From Erysipelotrichaceae bacterium (GTDB taxonomy: Bacteria > Bacillota_I > Bacilli_A > Erysipelotrichales > Erysipelotrichaceae), in NCBI GenBank assembly GCA_017516045.1, contig JAFWDT010000007.1:47954-111953 (forward strand): a DNA stretch of 64,000 nt, in the 5' to 3' direction. Both the position numbers and the translations under genes were made by a program. The notes below the pieces were generated by a model. The model saw nothing but the letters and a program-made list of their open reading frames with translations, made no database searches and was not told the DNA's origin. The stretch's first letter is position 1, and each line of letters opens with the position of its first letter. Of the stretch, positions 9,941 through 20,022 are shown piece after piece.

Positions 9941-10848
9941 ATCAGGAAATACTGGAGCCAAGAGAAGAGTACCAGCAGGAAGTTGAAGCGGGAATAAACA
10001 TCATCCGTCAGAAAGTCGATCTGGAAAAAGCCAAAAAGAAGCTTATAGCCAGAAAAAAGGTTTATTCCATTCTTTTGCTGGCAGGAATAATCGGATTCAT
10101 AGGTCTGATGTTTTTTGTGTATCTTCTGACACCGGCTTCAAATGTCAGAAGTGTCAAGATCATCAATAACAATTATCTTTCAGATGAATATATACAGGAA
10201 CTGACAGGCATTTCGACCAAAAGTGAATATGTGCTGCTGTTCCCTGGTTTAAAGGCTTATAAGGCTTCACGCAGTCCTCTTATAAATAACGTCAAGATAA
10301 CAAGAGGACCGAGCAAGACAGTAGTGATCGACGTTGATGAAAACCCGATTATGGGCTACCGTTTCAAGGACAGGATGGAACTTGTGCTTGGTGATGGATC
10401 CATAATCAAGTTTGACCAGAAGTATGTTAAGGGAATCACGATCCTGCCACTGTTCATGAATGTCAAGGATGAAAAGGTATCACAGGTGGCTACTCAGATG
10501 AACCGTCTGGACTTCGATACCGTATCCAGGATAGCAGAGGTCAGGGATTTCTCTATGAGTTATGACAGCGATATGGTAAAATTTGTTATGGATGATGGAT
10601 ATGAGGTATATACGACACTTGATGGAATACCTCTGCTGGTAAATTATCTGGATATCATAACAACGACAACAAGTCCTAACAGATGTGTATATCTGGATTA
10701 CGATCACAATAATGCAATTGTAAGAAACTGCCGGGAAATAGAAAAGATAGCTGAAAAGACTCCTGAAGAGGAGGCACAGCAGAATGAATCTGAGCGGCAG
10801 GAAAATGAACAGACAGAACAGCAGGAAGCCCCTGCAGAAGGAGAATAG
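9928..10848 (+). CDS. divIB: cell division protein DivIB/FtsQ (POTRA domain) with acidic C-terminal tail
   Basis: TTG start. It has a cytoplasmic K-rich segment, one TM (ILLLAGIIGFIGLMFFVYLL) and a POTRA-like VRSVKIINNNYLSDEYIQELTGI. Position after murG-murB. Confidence 0.8.
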   Translation: MEELNQEILEPREEYQQEVEAGINIIRQKVDLEKAKKKLIARKKVYSILLLAGIIGFIGLMFFVYLLTPASNVRSVKIINNNYLSDEYIQELTGISTKSEYVLLFPGLKAYKASRSPLINNVKITRGPSKTVVIDVDENPIMGYRFKDRMELVLGDGSIIKFDQKYVKGITILPLFMNVKDEKVSQVATQMNRLDFDTVSRIAEVRDFSMSYDSDMVKFVMDDGYEVYTTLDGIPLLVNYLDIITTTTSPNRCVYLDYDHNNAIVRNCREIEKIAEKTPEEEAQQNESERQENEQTEQQEAPAEGE

Positions 10849-10851
10849 AGA

Positions 10852-11205
10852 ATGAAATCAGATACTAATTTAGGTGGAATTAATGTTTCAGTGCAGGCAG
10901 TTGCTTCAATGACCGGTGCCATAGTAAGTGAATGCTACGGTGTTGTTGGCATGGCTTCCAAGAAGTTCTTCAAGGATGGTCTGGCTGTTCTGTTACGACA
11001 GGAAAACTATTCAAAGGGAGTAGTTGTCAAGGAAACCAAAGAAGGACTTGAACTGGAAATCTATGTAATCATTTGTTATGGGGTAAGAATTACAGAAGTT
11101 GTTTCAGAGATACAGAAGAAAGTAAAATACCAGCTTGGTAAGACCCTGGACATGGATATTACAGCCATCAATGTATTCGTACAGGGTGTTAAGGTAGTTG
11201 ACTAA
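10852..11205 (+). CDS. Asp23/Gls24 family envelope stress protein (YloU-like)
   Basis: 117 aa. Conserved pairing with the downstream DAK2 protein. GAAGGAGAA SD. Confidence 0.85.
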   Translation: MKSDTNLGGINVSVQAVASMTGAIVSECYGVVGMASKKFFKDGLAVLLRQENYSKGVVVKETKEGLELEIYVIICYGVRITEVVSEIQKKVKYQLGKTLDMDITAINVFVQGVKVVD

Positions 11206-11217
11206 AAGGTGACCGCT

Positions 11218-12798
11218 ATGAACACAATGAATTGCAAGGAATTTAAGGAGATGCTGGTCAGCGGTGCCAATAATCTGGCAAACCAGCATGAGCACATTAA
11301 CTCACTGAACGTTTTCCCTGTACCTGATGGTGATACAGGCACTAATATGAACATGACTTTCGGATCCGGAGTTAAGGAAGTCTGCAAGTTGATGAATGAC
11401 AATGTCGGCGAAACAGCCAAGGCTCTGGGAAAGAACATGCTGATGAGCGCCAGAGGAAACTCAGGTGTTATTCTGTCTCAGATTTTCAAAGGCATTTACA
11501 GAGCTCTTGATCAGAAACAGACAGTTACAGCTGAAGATTTCTGCGGCGCTTTCGAAAACGGTGCCAAGGTTGCCTATAAGGCAGTAATGAAGCCTGTTGA
11601 AGGCACGATTCTGACTGTTGTAAGAGAGTCAAGCGAGGATGCGAGCCGTTATTTCAGCATGAATAAGAGCTGCACTATCGAGCAGTATTTTGACGTTCTG
11701 ACTGAAAAAGCCAGAAAATCACTTGATAATACGCCTGAACTGCTTCCTGTTCTCAAGGAAGTGGGCGTAGTAGACTCAGGCGGGGCAGGATATGTATCTA
11801 TCCTGGAAGGTTTCTGCAGATATCTGCACGGTGATCCTGTCAGATCACGGGATCAGGAGCCTGCCGAGAACAAAGAAAGAGGCTACTGTATTGAAGTACA
11901 GCTGAAAGTCAGAAACAAGAGTTTCAGCTTTGACAGCTTTAAAAAGAGCATGAACAAAAACGGCAGCGTTGTAAACTGCGTATGCGAAGAGGATACGGTC
12001 AGATTACACGTTCATACATTGAAGCCTGGTGATGTTCTTAACAGATGCCAGAATGAAGGTGTTCTGGAGACCATCAAGATTGAGAATCTGGAAATTGAAC
12101 ACAATGTTACTCTGGATTATACAGTCAGGGAAGTTGAAAACGTCAGATACGCTACGGTTTCAGTAGTAAACGGAAAGGGTATCGAGCATATGTTCCGTCA
12201 GCTTGGTGTTGAATACTTCATCAGCGGCGGTCAGACCATGAATCCGGCAGCCGGTGATTTTGTGGAACTGATTAGAAACATTCATGCTGACAATGTGTTT
12301 ATCCTGCCTAATAACGGAAACATCATTATGGCTGCACAGCAGGCCAAGAAAACACTGAAGGACAGGAATGTTACGGTAATTGAAACCAGAAGCATACCTG
12401 AAGGTTTAAGTGCCTGCATGGCCTTTAACGGTGAAGCTGAACTGGAAGATAACATGGCAAACATGCTTGACGCTGTTGCCAATGTAAAGACCGGTTCAGT
12501 AACCACAGCCGTCAAGGATACCAGCTACAATAACGTAGCTATCAGCAAAGACGACTTCATGGGCATTTTCGGCAAGGATATCGTTGTGTCCAATCACGAC
12601 ATGATGGATGTAACTGAAAAGCTTCTTGACGCCATGATCGATGAAGACAGTTCTTATGTTACAGTCATCTACGGTGTCGGTGCCGATAAGAAAAAAGCCG
12701 CTGAGATTGAAAAGTACATATCAGACAAATACCAGCTTGACTGCGGCATAAACGACGGTCAGCAGGATCTATATCCATTTATCATCGGAGTTGAATAA
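11218..12798 (+). CDS. DAK2 domain-containing protein (YloV-like)
   Basis: Carries the DAK2 signature FPVPDGDTGTNM. Start taken at ATG 11218 (AAAGGTGA SD) rather than the track's GTG 11209. Confidence 0.88.
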   Translation: MNTMNCKEFKEMLVSGANNLANQHEHINSLNVFPVPDGDTGTNMNMTFGSGVKEVCKLMNDNVGETAKALGKNMLMSARGNSGVILSQIFKGIYRALDQKQTVTAEDFCGAFENGAKVAYKAVMKPVEGTILTVVRESSEDASRYFSMNKSCTIEQYFDVLTEKARKSLDNTPELLPVLKEVGVVDSGGAGYVSILEGFCRYLHGDPVRSRDQEPAENKERGYCIEVQLKVRNKSFSFDSFKKSMNKNGSVVNCVCEEDTVRLHVHTLKPGDVLNRCQNEGVLETIKIENLEIEHNVTLDYTVREVENVRYATVSVVNGKGIEHMFRQLGVEYFISGGQTMNPAAGDFVELIRNIHADNVFILPNNGNIIMAAQQAKKTLKDRNVTVIETRSIPEGLSACMAFNGEAELEDNMANMLDAVANVKTGSVTTAVKDTSYNNVAISKDDFMGIFGKDIVVSNHDMMDVTEKLLDAMIDEDSSYVTVIYGVGADKKKAAEIEKYISDKYQLDCGINDGQQDLYPFIIGVE

Positions 12799-12824
12799 CT
12801 ATTTGAGTTTCTCAAATAGTTTTT
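12798..12824 (+). terminator. intrinsic terminator between the yloV-like gene and recG
   Basis: Perfect 10-bp stem ACTATTTGAG-ttt-CTCAAATAGT followed by TTTT. Confidence 0.75.
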
Positions 12825-12829
12825 AAAAT

Positions 12830-14836
12830 ATGAAGGAAATAAAACTAACCCCCAAAAGAAAAGAAGCCCTGTTACAGCTGGGCATAAACAATACAGAAGA
12901 TATCATAAATTACTTTCCCTACCGTTATGACAGGCTGGAGTTCCTGGATTATCATCAGTGGGCTCTCAACAGCAAGGTCGTAGTGGAAGGGGAAGTTTTT
13001 TCCCGTCCGAAAGTAGCCAGATTCGGCCGTGGCAAATCGGTCATTCATTTTGAACTTGGAAATCAGCAGGATGTATTCAGAATAACGGTATTTAACCAGC
13101 CGTGGTATCGTAACCTGGAGATCGGTGAGCATCTGACGATAGTAGGAAAATATGAAGGCGGTAACAGGATCCTGGCCACTCAGACAACTAAGGATGAAAT
13201 GGATGAGATCCTGGGAATAAAGCCGGTTTATTCTCTGAAAGATAAGATAAAGCCGAAAACCTTCAGCAAGCTGGTCAGAGATGCTCTCGATGCCAACATT
13301 AATGAGATCAGTGATTTCATGCCGGATGACATCATGAGCAGATATGGGTTCATGAACCGTTATGAGGCCTTATGTAATGTTCATTTTCCTGATGATGAAA
13401 CAGCATTGCGGAAGGCGATAGATACTCTCAAGTATGAGGAATTTTTCCGCTTTCAGCTGTATATGCTGTATCGCAGACAGCAGGCTTTTAACAGGGACGA
13501 AAGATACCGCAAGGTATTTGATGTTGCCAAGATCAGGGAGTTTGCGGATAAGCTTCCGTATACTCTTACTGATGATCAGAAACGGGCTGTAAACGACATC
13601 ATCAGAGACATGAAGGGAAACTATAAGATGGGGAGACTGCTGCAGGGCGATGTCGGCTGCGGCAAGACAGTTGTTGCCTTTATCGCGATGTATGCCTGTT
13701 ATCTGTCCGGACAGCAGTCCTGTCTGATGGCACCTACCGAAATACTGGCCAAGCAGCATTACGGTAACATGAAGAAGATGTTCGCTGATTACGATGTCAG
13801 GGTCGCTTTACTGTATTCAAACATTTCAGCACAGGAAAGAAGAGAACTGCTCAAGCAGATATCAGCCGGGGAAATAGATTTTGTCATCGGTACTCATGCC
13901 CTGTTTCAAAGCGATGTGGATTTCAGAAAACTTGGCCTGATAATTACGGATGAACAGCACCGCTTCGGCGTCAAGCAGAGACAATTACTGCAGGATAAGG
14001 GGGCTGATGCCGATGTCCTGCTGATGTCAGCTACGCCGATTCCAAGAACACTGGCTACCTCGCTTTATGGTGATCTCGATGTAACGACAATTACCCAGAC
14101 TCCCAATGCTGCCAAAAAGATAACTACCACACTGATCCGCAAAAACAGTTTCATGGAAATAGTGGATCAGATAGAAAAACTTCTTGATGAAGGTAATCAG
14201 ATGTATGTTGTCTGTGCAGCCATTGATAATTCCAGTGATGTGATTTCCCGTAACGTCAACGATATATATAAGAATCTTAAACAGTATTTCAACGGCAGGT
14301 ACAGAGTAGGCCTGCTTCATGGTCAGATGCCGGAAGAGGAAAAAGACCGAGTGCAGAACAGTTTCGCCCGGCATGAACTTGACATCCTGGTATCTACGAC
14401 CGTAATAGAGGTTGGAGTGGATGTCAGGGATGCAAACATCATGATCATTTATGATGCCAACCGTTTCGGACTCAGTCAGCTGCATCAGTTAAGAGGCCGT
14501 ATCGGCCGACATGAAAGAGAAGGTTTCTGTTATCTGCTGACTGACAGTCAGGATGAAGAAGCACTTAAGCGTCTGCAGGTCATTGTGGATAATCGAGACG
14601 GCTTTAAGATTTCGTATTATGACTTACAATTAAGAGGCCCGGGAGACATCCTGGGATACCGTCAGAGCGGACTGCCTTCATTTAACATCGGAAACGTGGT
14701 AAATGATGCTGATCTGCTTAACAGATCACGCCAGGATGTACAGGAAATCCTGAATGATATTGACGATCCAAAGTACTCCAGTATAAGAGAGTTCTTGGCG
14801 AAAATAAGAACAAATGAACCTTTCTATATGGACTAG
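12830..14836 (+). CDS. recG: ATP-dependent DNA helicase RecG
   Basis: 668 aa with a wedge domain, helicase motifs GDVGCGKT and DEQHRFG, and QLRGRIGR. Confidence 0.96.
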   Translation: MKEIKLTPKRKEALLQLGINNTEDIINYFPYRYDRLEFLDYHQWALNSKVVVEGEVFSRPKVARFGRGKSVIHFELGNQQDVFRITVFNQPWYRNLEIGEHLTIVGKYEGGNRILATQTTKDEMDEILGIKPVYSLKDKIKPKTFSKLVRDALDANINEISDFMPDDIMSRYGFMNRYEALCNVHFPDDETALRKAIDTLKYEEFFRFQLYMLYRRQQAFNRDERYRKVFDVAKIREFADKLPYTLTDDQKRAVNDIIRDMKGNYKMGRLLQGDVGCGKTVVAFIAMYACYLSGQQSCLMAPTEILAKQHYGNMKKMFADYDVRVALLYSNISAQERRELLKQISAGEIDFVIGTHALFQSDVDFRKLGLIITDEQHRFGVKQRQLLQDKGADADVLLMSATPIPRTLATSLYGDLDVTTITQTPNAAKKITTTLIRKNSFMEIVDQIEKLLDEGNQMYVVCAAIDNSSDVISRNVNDIYKNLKQYFNGRYRVGLLHGQMPEEEKDRVQNSFARHELDILVSTTVIEVGVDVRDANIMIIYDANRFGLSQLHQLRGRIGRHEREGFCYLLTDSQDEEALKRLQVIVDNRDGFKISYYDLQLRGPGDILGYRQSGLPSFNIGNVVNDADLLNRSRQDVQEILNDIDDPKYSSIREFLAKIRTNEPFYMD

Positions 14837-14855
14837 TTCATGATAAAATAAACTC

Positions 14856-15536
14856 ATGAATATCTATGATTGGTTAGCAAAACACGATATAAAAATAAGC
14901 AGTCATCAGTTAATTGATGATGCTTTTACTCATACGTCATATGTAAATGAACACAGACAGGCACTGCACGATAATGAACGTCTGGAATTCATGGGAGATG
15001 CGGTAATGCAGATATGGGTTTCGGAAAAGCTGTTCCTCCACAAGCCTGTTCTTTCAGAAGGGCAGATGTCTAAGTACAGAGCCCGGATCGTCTGTGAAAA
15101 GTCATTTGCCCGGCTGATGCGTCAGATGAAACTTTATCAGTTCATCCGCTTGGGAGCCGGTGAGGAAAAAAGCGGCGGCCGAGACAGAGATTCCATACTG
15201 GCGGATACCTTTGAAGCCTTTATCGGTGCTCTGTATCTGGTGGCGGGCATGAATGAAGTTAATAAAATACTGGAGAAATACGTCAAGCCTCTTACTGACA
15301 ATCCTGAAAATCTGGAAATGACTGATTACAAGACCAGACTTCAGGAATATGTTCAGTCAGATATCAGAAAGGCTGTGACGTACAGACTGCTGAAAGAAAG
15401 CGGTCCTTCCAACAATCCTGTTTTTGAAATAGGGGCTTATCTTGATGAGGTTCTGCTGGGAAAAGGCAGCGGACACAGCAAGAAAGAGGCTGAACAGATG
15501 GCAGCAAAGGAAGCGTTAAGGATACTGGTGAAATAA
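14856..15536 (+). CDS. rnc: ribonuclease III
   Basis: 226 aa with the NERLEFMGDAV signature and a C-terminal dsRBD (GSGHSKKEAEQMAAKEAL). Confidence 0.96.
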   Translation: MNIYDWLAKHDIKISSHQLIDDAFTHTSYVNEHRQALHDNERLEFMGDAVMQIWVSEKLFLHKPVLSEGQMSKYRARIVCEKSFARLMRQMKLYQFIRLGAGEEKSGGRDRDSILADTFEAFIGALYLVAGMNEVNKILEKYVKPLTDNPENLEMTDYKTRLQEYVQSDIRKAVTYRLLKESGPSNNPVFEIGAYLDEVLLGKGSGHSKKEAEQMAAKEALRILVK

Positions 15537-15537
15537 T

Positions 15538-18500
15538 ATGGATATTAGAGAGATTCTGAAAACGATCGGCTTACCGGAAAAATATTACCGTTATTTCAAT
15601 AACGCTTTTTTAATGCTTCCGCAGTATAACAAAGCTAAAAACCAGATCGTGTTTAACATCAAGACGCAGGACGTACTGCCTTTTGAAGTATACCGTCAGC
15701 TTAAGGACTGCCTGAAGGATTATTTCAATGCTGACACTGAACTGATCATAGATACTTTTGAGTGCACCATTGATACCGGTGAACTTAATAACTATTTCCT
15801 GGATTTTGCCAGAGAGAACAGGATCAGCAGTGAAATTCCGCTGGTTACTGACAAGAAAATCAATATCAATCTTCCTGATGAACAGTTATCCAAATTACGG
15901 GAGTATCTGCTTTCCAGAGGTATAACTTACCAGGTAGTAAATGAGGAAATAAAGATTAAAGAGGAACCGCGCCAGGGCAGGGATTTCTTTGCCCGCAGCC
16001 GGTCTGAAACGCGTAACAGGAGCAGATCTGTGTCTGCTGATAATATCAACCGTGAGAAGTATACACTCATGACTGTTGATGCCCTGAAAGAGGGAATGAA
16101 GGAAATCAGTACCGTCGGCAAGGTATTCCGTGTTGATTATCAGACTTTCCGCAACGGACGTGAAATGCAGAAAATCTACATTACCGACTATAAGGACGCC
16201 AAGATAATTAAGCGTTTTGAGGACCGTAATACGACAAAAGCCATGCTGCATGAGATAGAAGAAGATCAGATCATAAAGGTATACGGTTCCGTTAAGCATG
16301 ATGACTATGAAAGAGATACCGTTATAACAGCTGATTTCATAGAGAAACTGGATATCGACCCTTGGAAGAGAGTTGATTCATATCCGGGAAACAAGCATAT
16401 TGATCTGCATGTTCATACCAACAGAACTGAAATGGACGGTGTGGCTGATACCAAAAAAATAATAAAGCAGGCTTTCCGGTTTGGTCAGAAGGCCATTGCC
16501 ATAACTGATATCGGTGTTGTTCAGGCGTATCCGCTGGCTCAGCAGGTACACATTGACATTGACAAGAAGAATCCCGGCAACGATTTCAAAGTCATTTACG
16601 GCATTGAAATAAAAGTCGCTGATGAGAAGCTGCCAATTGTCTTCAATCCTGATGACAGCAAGGTTTTCAATGCCGAATACGTAGTTCTTGACCTGGAAAC
16701 TACCGGGTTAAGTACCAAATATGACTACATAATTGAATTCGGCGGCATTCTGGTCCGCAACAATACGATAGTGGAAAGCAGCAGGAAACAGATTTTTGTT
16801 AAACCTCCTGTTCTGCTGCCACCGTTTATTGAACAGAAAACCAACATTACAAATGCCATGCTGGAAGAGGCTTCACCTCTGGAAGATGTCATTGATGAGA
16901 TTCTGGAATTCATCGGCGACAGAGTCATTGTTGCTCACAATGCCGATTTTGACTTCAAGTTCCTTAATCAGAAACTGATAGACATGGGCAGAAAACCGCT
17001 TAAAAACGTCTGCCTGGATACCCTTTCACTGGCCAAGGTGGTAGTTAAGAACAGAAAGTACTACCGTTTAGGCCAGATTGCCAAGAACTACAGTGTCAAA
17101 TATGATGATGAAGCAGCTCACAGAGGCGACTATGATGCCTATGTACTGGCTCAGATTCTGGTCAGAATGATACTTGACATTCCTGATTACCGTGAAGTGA
17201 CATTCAGACAGCTTCAGGATAACCAGGGCAGCGATATTTACAAAAAAGCATTTACTCATAATGTGGTTCTGCTGGCTAAAAACATGGCAGGTATCAAGTC
17301 AATTTATGAACTTGTTTCTCTGTCTCATACCAAATATCTGACATATTTCGCCAAGGAAAATGCCAAGAAGGCTGACAGCGATGTTGTTGCTGAACCGCGC
17401 ATTGTCATGAGCGAGATCCTGAAGAGAAGAAAGAATCTGATCATGGGATCAGGTAACCTTTACGGTGAGCTGATTGAAAATGCGCTCAACAGATCCGATG
17501 AGGAAGTTGAAGAGTGCATGAAAATGTTTGATTACGTGGAACTTCAGCCTCTGGAATGTTACAGCCCGCTTCTGGAAGAAGGCTCAAGTCTTGATGAAGC
17601 AAGACTGCATCAGGTTGTTAATACCATTATCAGAATTGCCGATAAGCTCGGTAAGCCTATAATTGCCAGCAATGATGTTTATTACATTAATCCGGAAGAA
17701 AAGATAGCGCGTGAGATCTATATCATGGCTAAGAGAATCGGCGGCGGACGCCATCCTCTGTGCCCGTTAAGGAGTGATAAGCAGAAGAAATTCAGCGCTC
17801 CTAATCAGCATCTGATGACGACCAATGAAATGCTGGAAGCTTTCAGTTTCGTCAAGGACAGGGCAGTAGAATTCGTCATAGATAATCCGGCTAAAATAGC
17901 GGATATGGTGGATAAGATCTATCCTATTCCAACCAAGCTGATGACACCGACAATTGAAGGCTGCGAACAGCTGCTGACAGATGAAATCTATAAGAATGCT
18001 CATCAGATCTATGGCGATCCTTTACCGCAGATCGTAGCTGACAGAATTGAAAAGGAACTTAACAGCGTTATTACCAATGGATTCTCCGTTCAGTACTACA
18101 TAGCATATCTGCTTGTTAAAAAGAGCAATGAAGACGGTTATATCGTCGGTTCAAGAGGTTCCGTAGGAAGCAGCTTCATCGCTACCATGGCCAATATCAC
18201 GGAGGTCAATCCGCTTGTTCCGCATTATGTATGCCCTAAATGCAAGCATTCAGAGTTCTTTACGGACAATGAATATGCCAACGGTTTTGACCTGCCGGAA
18301 AAGAGATGCCCGGTATGCGGAGAGCCGATGAACCGTAACGGTCATTCCATTCCGTTTGAAACATTCCTGGGTTTCCATGGAGATAAGGTTCCGGATATTG
18401 ACCTGAACTTCTCTGAAGAAAACCAGAACAAGTCGCAGCTGCTGATCAGAGATATTTTCGGTGAGGAATACACATACCGTGCCGGAACGATTGGTACGGT

Positions 18501-19860
18501 AGCTCAGAAAACAGCCTTTGGTTATGTCAAGGGCTATTGTGAGGATAAGGGACTGCTTACCGCTGAAGGAAAGCCGATATTCTCCAACGCCTATCAGGAA
18601 CTGCTTTCCCAGATGTGTACTGATGTAAAGCGTACAACAGGTCAGCATCCGGGCGGAATAGTAGTTATTCCAAAGGAAAAGGAAGTTCATGACTTCACAC
18701 CGATCCAGTACCCGGCAAACGATCCGTTTGCGGACTGGAAAACGACTCACTTCGCTTTCAGTGACCTGCATGACAACATTCTGAAACTTGATATTCTGGG
18801 ACACGTTGACCCGACAGCAGTGAGACTGCTGCAGATCATGACGGGTGTTGACCCTAAGAGCATACCTATGAACGATCCTAAAGCGCTGTCGCTTTTCAGT
18901 TCAATTGAAGCCATGGGCATCAATGATCCTGACGGTATTTATCAGGAAAAAAACGGGGCAGCCGGACTTCCTGAATTCGGTACCAGAAACAACCGTAACA
19001 TCCTTGACAAGACCAAACCGACCACCTTTGCGGAGCTGGTTTCACTTTCCGGTCTTACTCACGGTACTGACGTCTGGGCAAACAACGCTGAAAAGTGGAT
19101 CGATGAGCTCGGGCTGACCCTGAAAGATGTCATTGCCTGCCGTGATGATATCATGACTTACCTCATCAGCAAGGGGCTGGAATCCAAGGAGTCATTTGAC
19201 ATCATGGAAAGCGTCCGTAAGGGCAGAGGCTTAAGCGAGCAGTGGATCCGGGACATGAGAGGTCATGAGGTACCGGAGTGGTACATAAAGTCATGTCTGC
19301 TGATCAAGTACATGTTCCCGAAGGCTCATGCTGTTGCCTATGTCATGATGGCAGTGCGCATAGCCTGGTGGAAGATCTATTATCCGGCAGAATACTATGC
19401 CTGCTATTTCTCCTGCCGCTGTGATGCATATGAAATAGAGACTCTGATAAAAGGAAAAGATGCCATATACAAGCGTCTGATGGAGATCAGAAAAAAGCTG
19501 GATACTGCTAAAAACAGTGTTACTACCAAGGAAAAGGCGCTGGAATCAACGCTGGAGATAGCTCTGGAAATGTATTTAAGAGGCTACAGCTTCAGCAACA
19601 TTTCATTGAAGAATTCCGAAGCCAAGAATTTCCGCGTAGATCCAGATGATCCAAAAAAGATCGTGCCATCATTTAACTGCATGGACGGTCTGGGTGAAAA
19701 CGTTGCCGCTTCCATCATTGCAGCCAGAGAAGACCATCCGTTCTATTCAAGAGAAGATCTGCAGAAGAGAACTTCACTTAATCAGACTCAGATCCAGAAT
19801 CTGACCAGAATGGGTGTACTGGATGAACTGAATGAGGAAGATCAGCTTTCACTGTTCTGA
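15538..19860 (+). CDS. polC: DNA polymerase III PolC-type alpha subunit
   Basis: 1440 aa with a PHP domain (DLHVHT), an inserted DEDD exonuclease (VVLDLETTGL ... HNADFDFKFL) and a Zn-finger CPKC...CPVC. Confidence 0.98.
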   Translation: MDIREILKTIGLPEKYYRYFNNAFLMLPQYNKAKNQIVFNIKTQDVLPFEVYRQLKDCLKDYFNADTELIIDTFECTIDTGELNNYFLDFARENRISSEIPLVTDKKININLPDEQLSKLREYLLSRGITYQVVNEEIKIKEEPRQGRDFFARSRSETRNRSRSVSADNINREKYTLMTVDALKEGMKEISTVGKVFRVDYQTFRNGREMQKIYITDYKDAKIIKRFEDRNTTKAMLHEIEEDQIIKVYGSVKHDDYERDTVITADFIEKLDIDPWKRVDSYPGNKHIDLHVHTNRTEMDGVADTKKIIKQAFRFGQKAIAITDIGVVQAYPLAQQVHIDIDKKNPGNDFKVIYGIEIKVADEKLPIVFNPDDSKVFNAEYVVLDLETTGLSTKYDYIIEFGGILVRNNTIVESSRKQIFVKPPVLLPPFIEQKTNITNAMLEEASPLEDVIDEILEFIGDRVIVAHNADFDFKFLNQKLIDMGRKPLKNVCLDTLSLAKVVVKNRKYYRLGQIAKNYSVKYDDEAAHRGDYDAYVLAQILVRMILDIPDYREVTFRQLQDNQGSDIYKKAFTHNVVLLAKNMAGIKSIYELVSLSHTKYLTYFAKENAKKADSDVVAEPRIVMSEILKRRKNLIMGSGNLYGELIENALNRSDEEVEECMKMFDYVELQPLECYSPLLEEGSSLDEARLHQVVNTIIRIADKLGKPIIASNDVYYINPEEKIAREIYIMAKRIGGGRHPLCPLRSDKQKKFSAPNQHLMTTNEMLEAFSFVKDRAVEFVIDNPAKIADMVDKIYPIPTKLMTPTIEGCEQLLTDEIYKNAHQIYGDPLPQIVADRIEKELNSVITNGFSVQYYIAYLLVKKSNEDGYIVGSRGSVGSSFIATMANITEVNPLVPHYVCPKCKHSEFFTDNEYANGFDLPEKRCPVCGEPMNRNGHSIPFETFLGFHGDKVPDIDLNFSEENQNKSQLLIRDIFGEEYTYRAGTIGTVAQKTAFGYVKGYCEDKGLLTAEGKPIFSNAYQELLSQMCTDVKRTTGQHPGGIVVIPKEKEVHDFTPIQYPANDPFADWKTTHFAFSDLHDNILKLDILGHVDPTAVRLLQIMTGVDPKSIPMNDPKALSLFSSIEAMGINDPDGIYQEKNGAAGLPEFGTRNNRNILDKTKPTTFAELVSLSGLTHGTDVWANNAEKWIDELGLTLKDVIACRDDIMTYLISKGLESKESFDIMESVRKGRGLSEQWIRDMRGHEVPEWYIKSCLLIKYMFPKAHAVAYVMMAVRIAWWKIYYPAEYYACYFSCRCDAYEIETLIKGKDAIYKRLMEIRKKLDTAKNSVTTKEKALESTLEIALEMYLRGYSFSNISLKNSEAKNFRVDPDDPKKIVPSFNCMDGLGENVAASIIAAREDHPFYSREDLQKRTSLNQTQIQNLTRMGVLDELNEEDQLSLF

Positions 19861-19872
19861 TACTATTGATTT

Positions 19873-19897
19873 AAAAGGTGCTTCAGGCACCTTTTTC
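19873..19897 (+). terminator. intrinsic terminator after polC
   Basis: AAAAGGTGC-ttcag-GCACCTTTT with a T-run. Confidence 0.8.
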
Positions 19898-19938
19898 AGT
19901 GATTTAGAGACAATAAAGATAATTGTATGCTTTTGTTC

Positions 19939-19967
19939 TTGCATAAAAAAACTTTTTAAAGTAATAT
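19939..19967 (+). promoter_or_regulatory. sigma-A-like promoter of the rimP-nusA-ylxR-infB-rbfA operon
   Basis: TTGCAT, 17-nt spacer, TAATAT. Confidence 0.5.
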
Positions 19968-20022
19968 ATATGCGTAATGAGGAGTGGTTAAGCCACTCCT
20001 TAATTAATGCTTTGGAGGAGAC

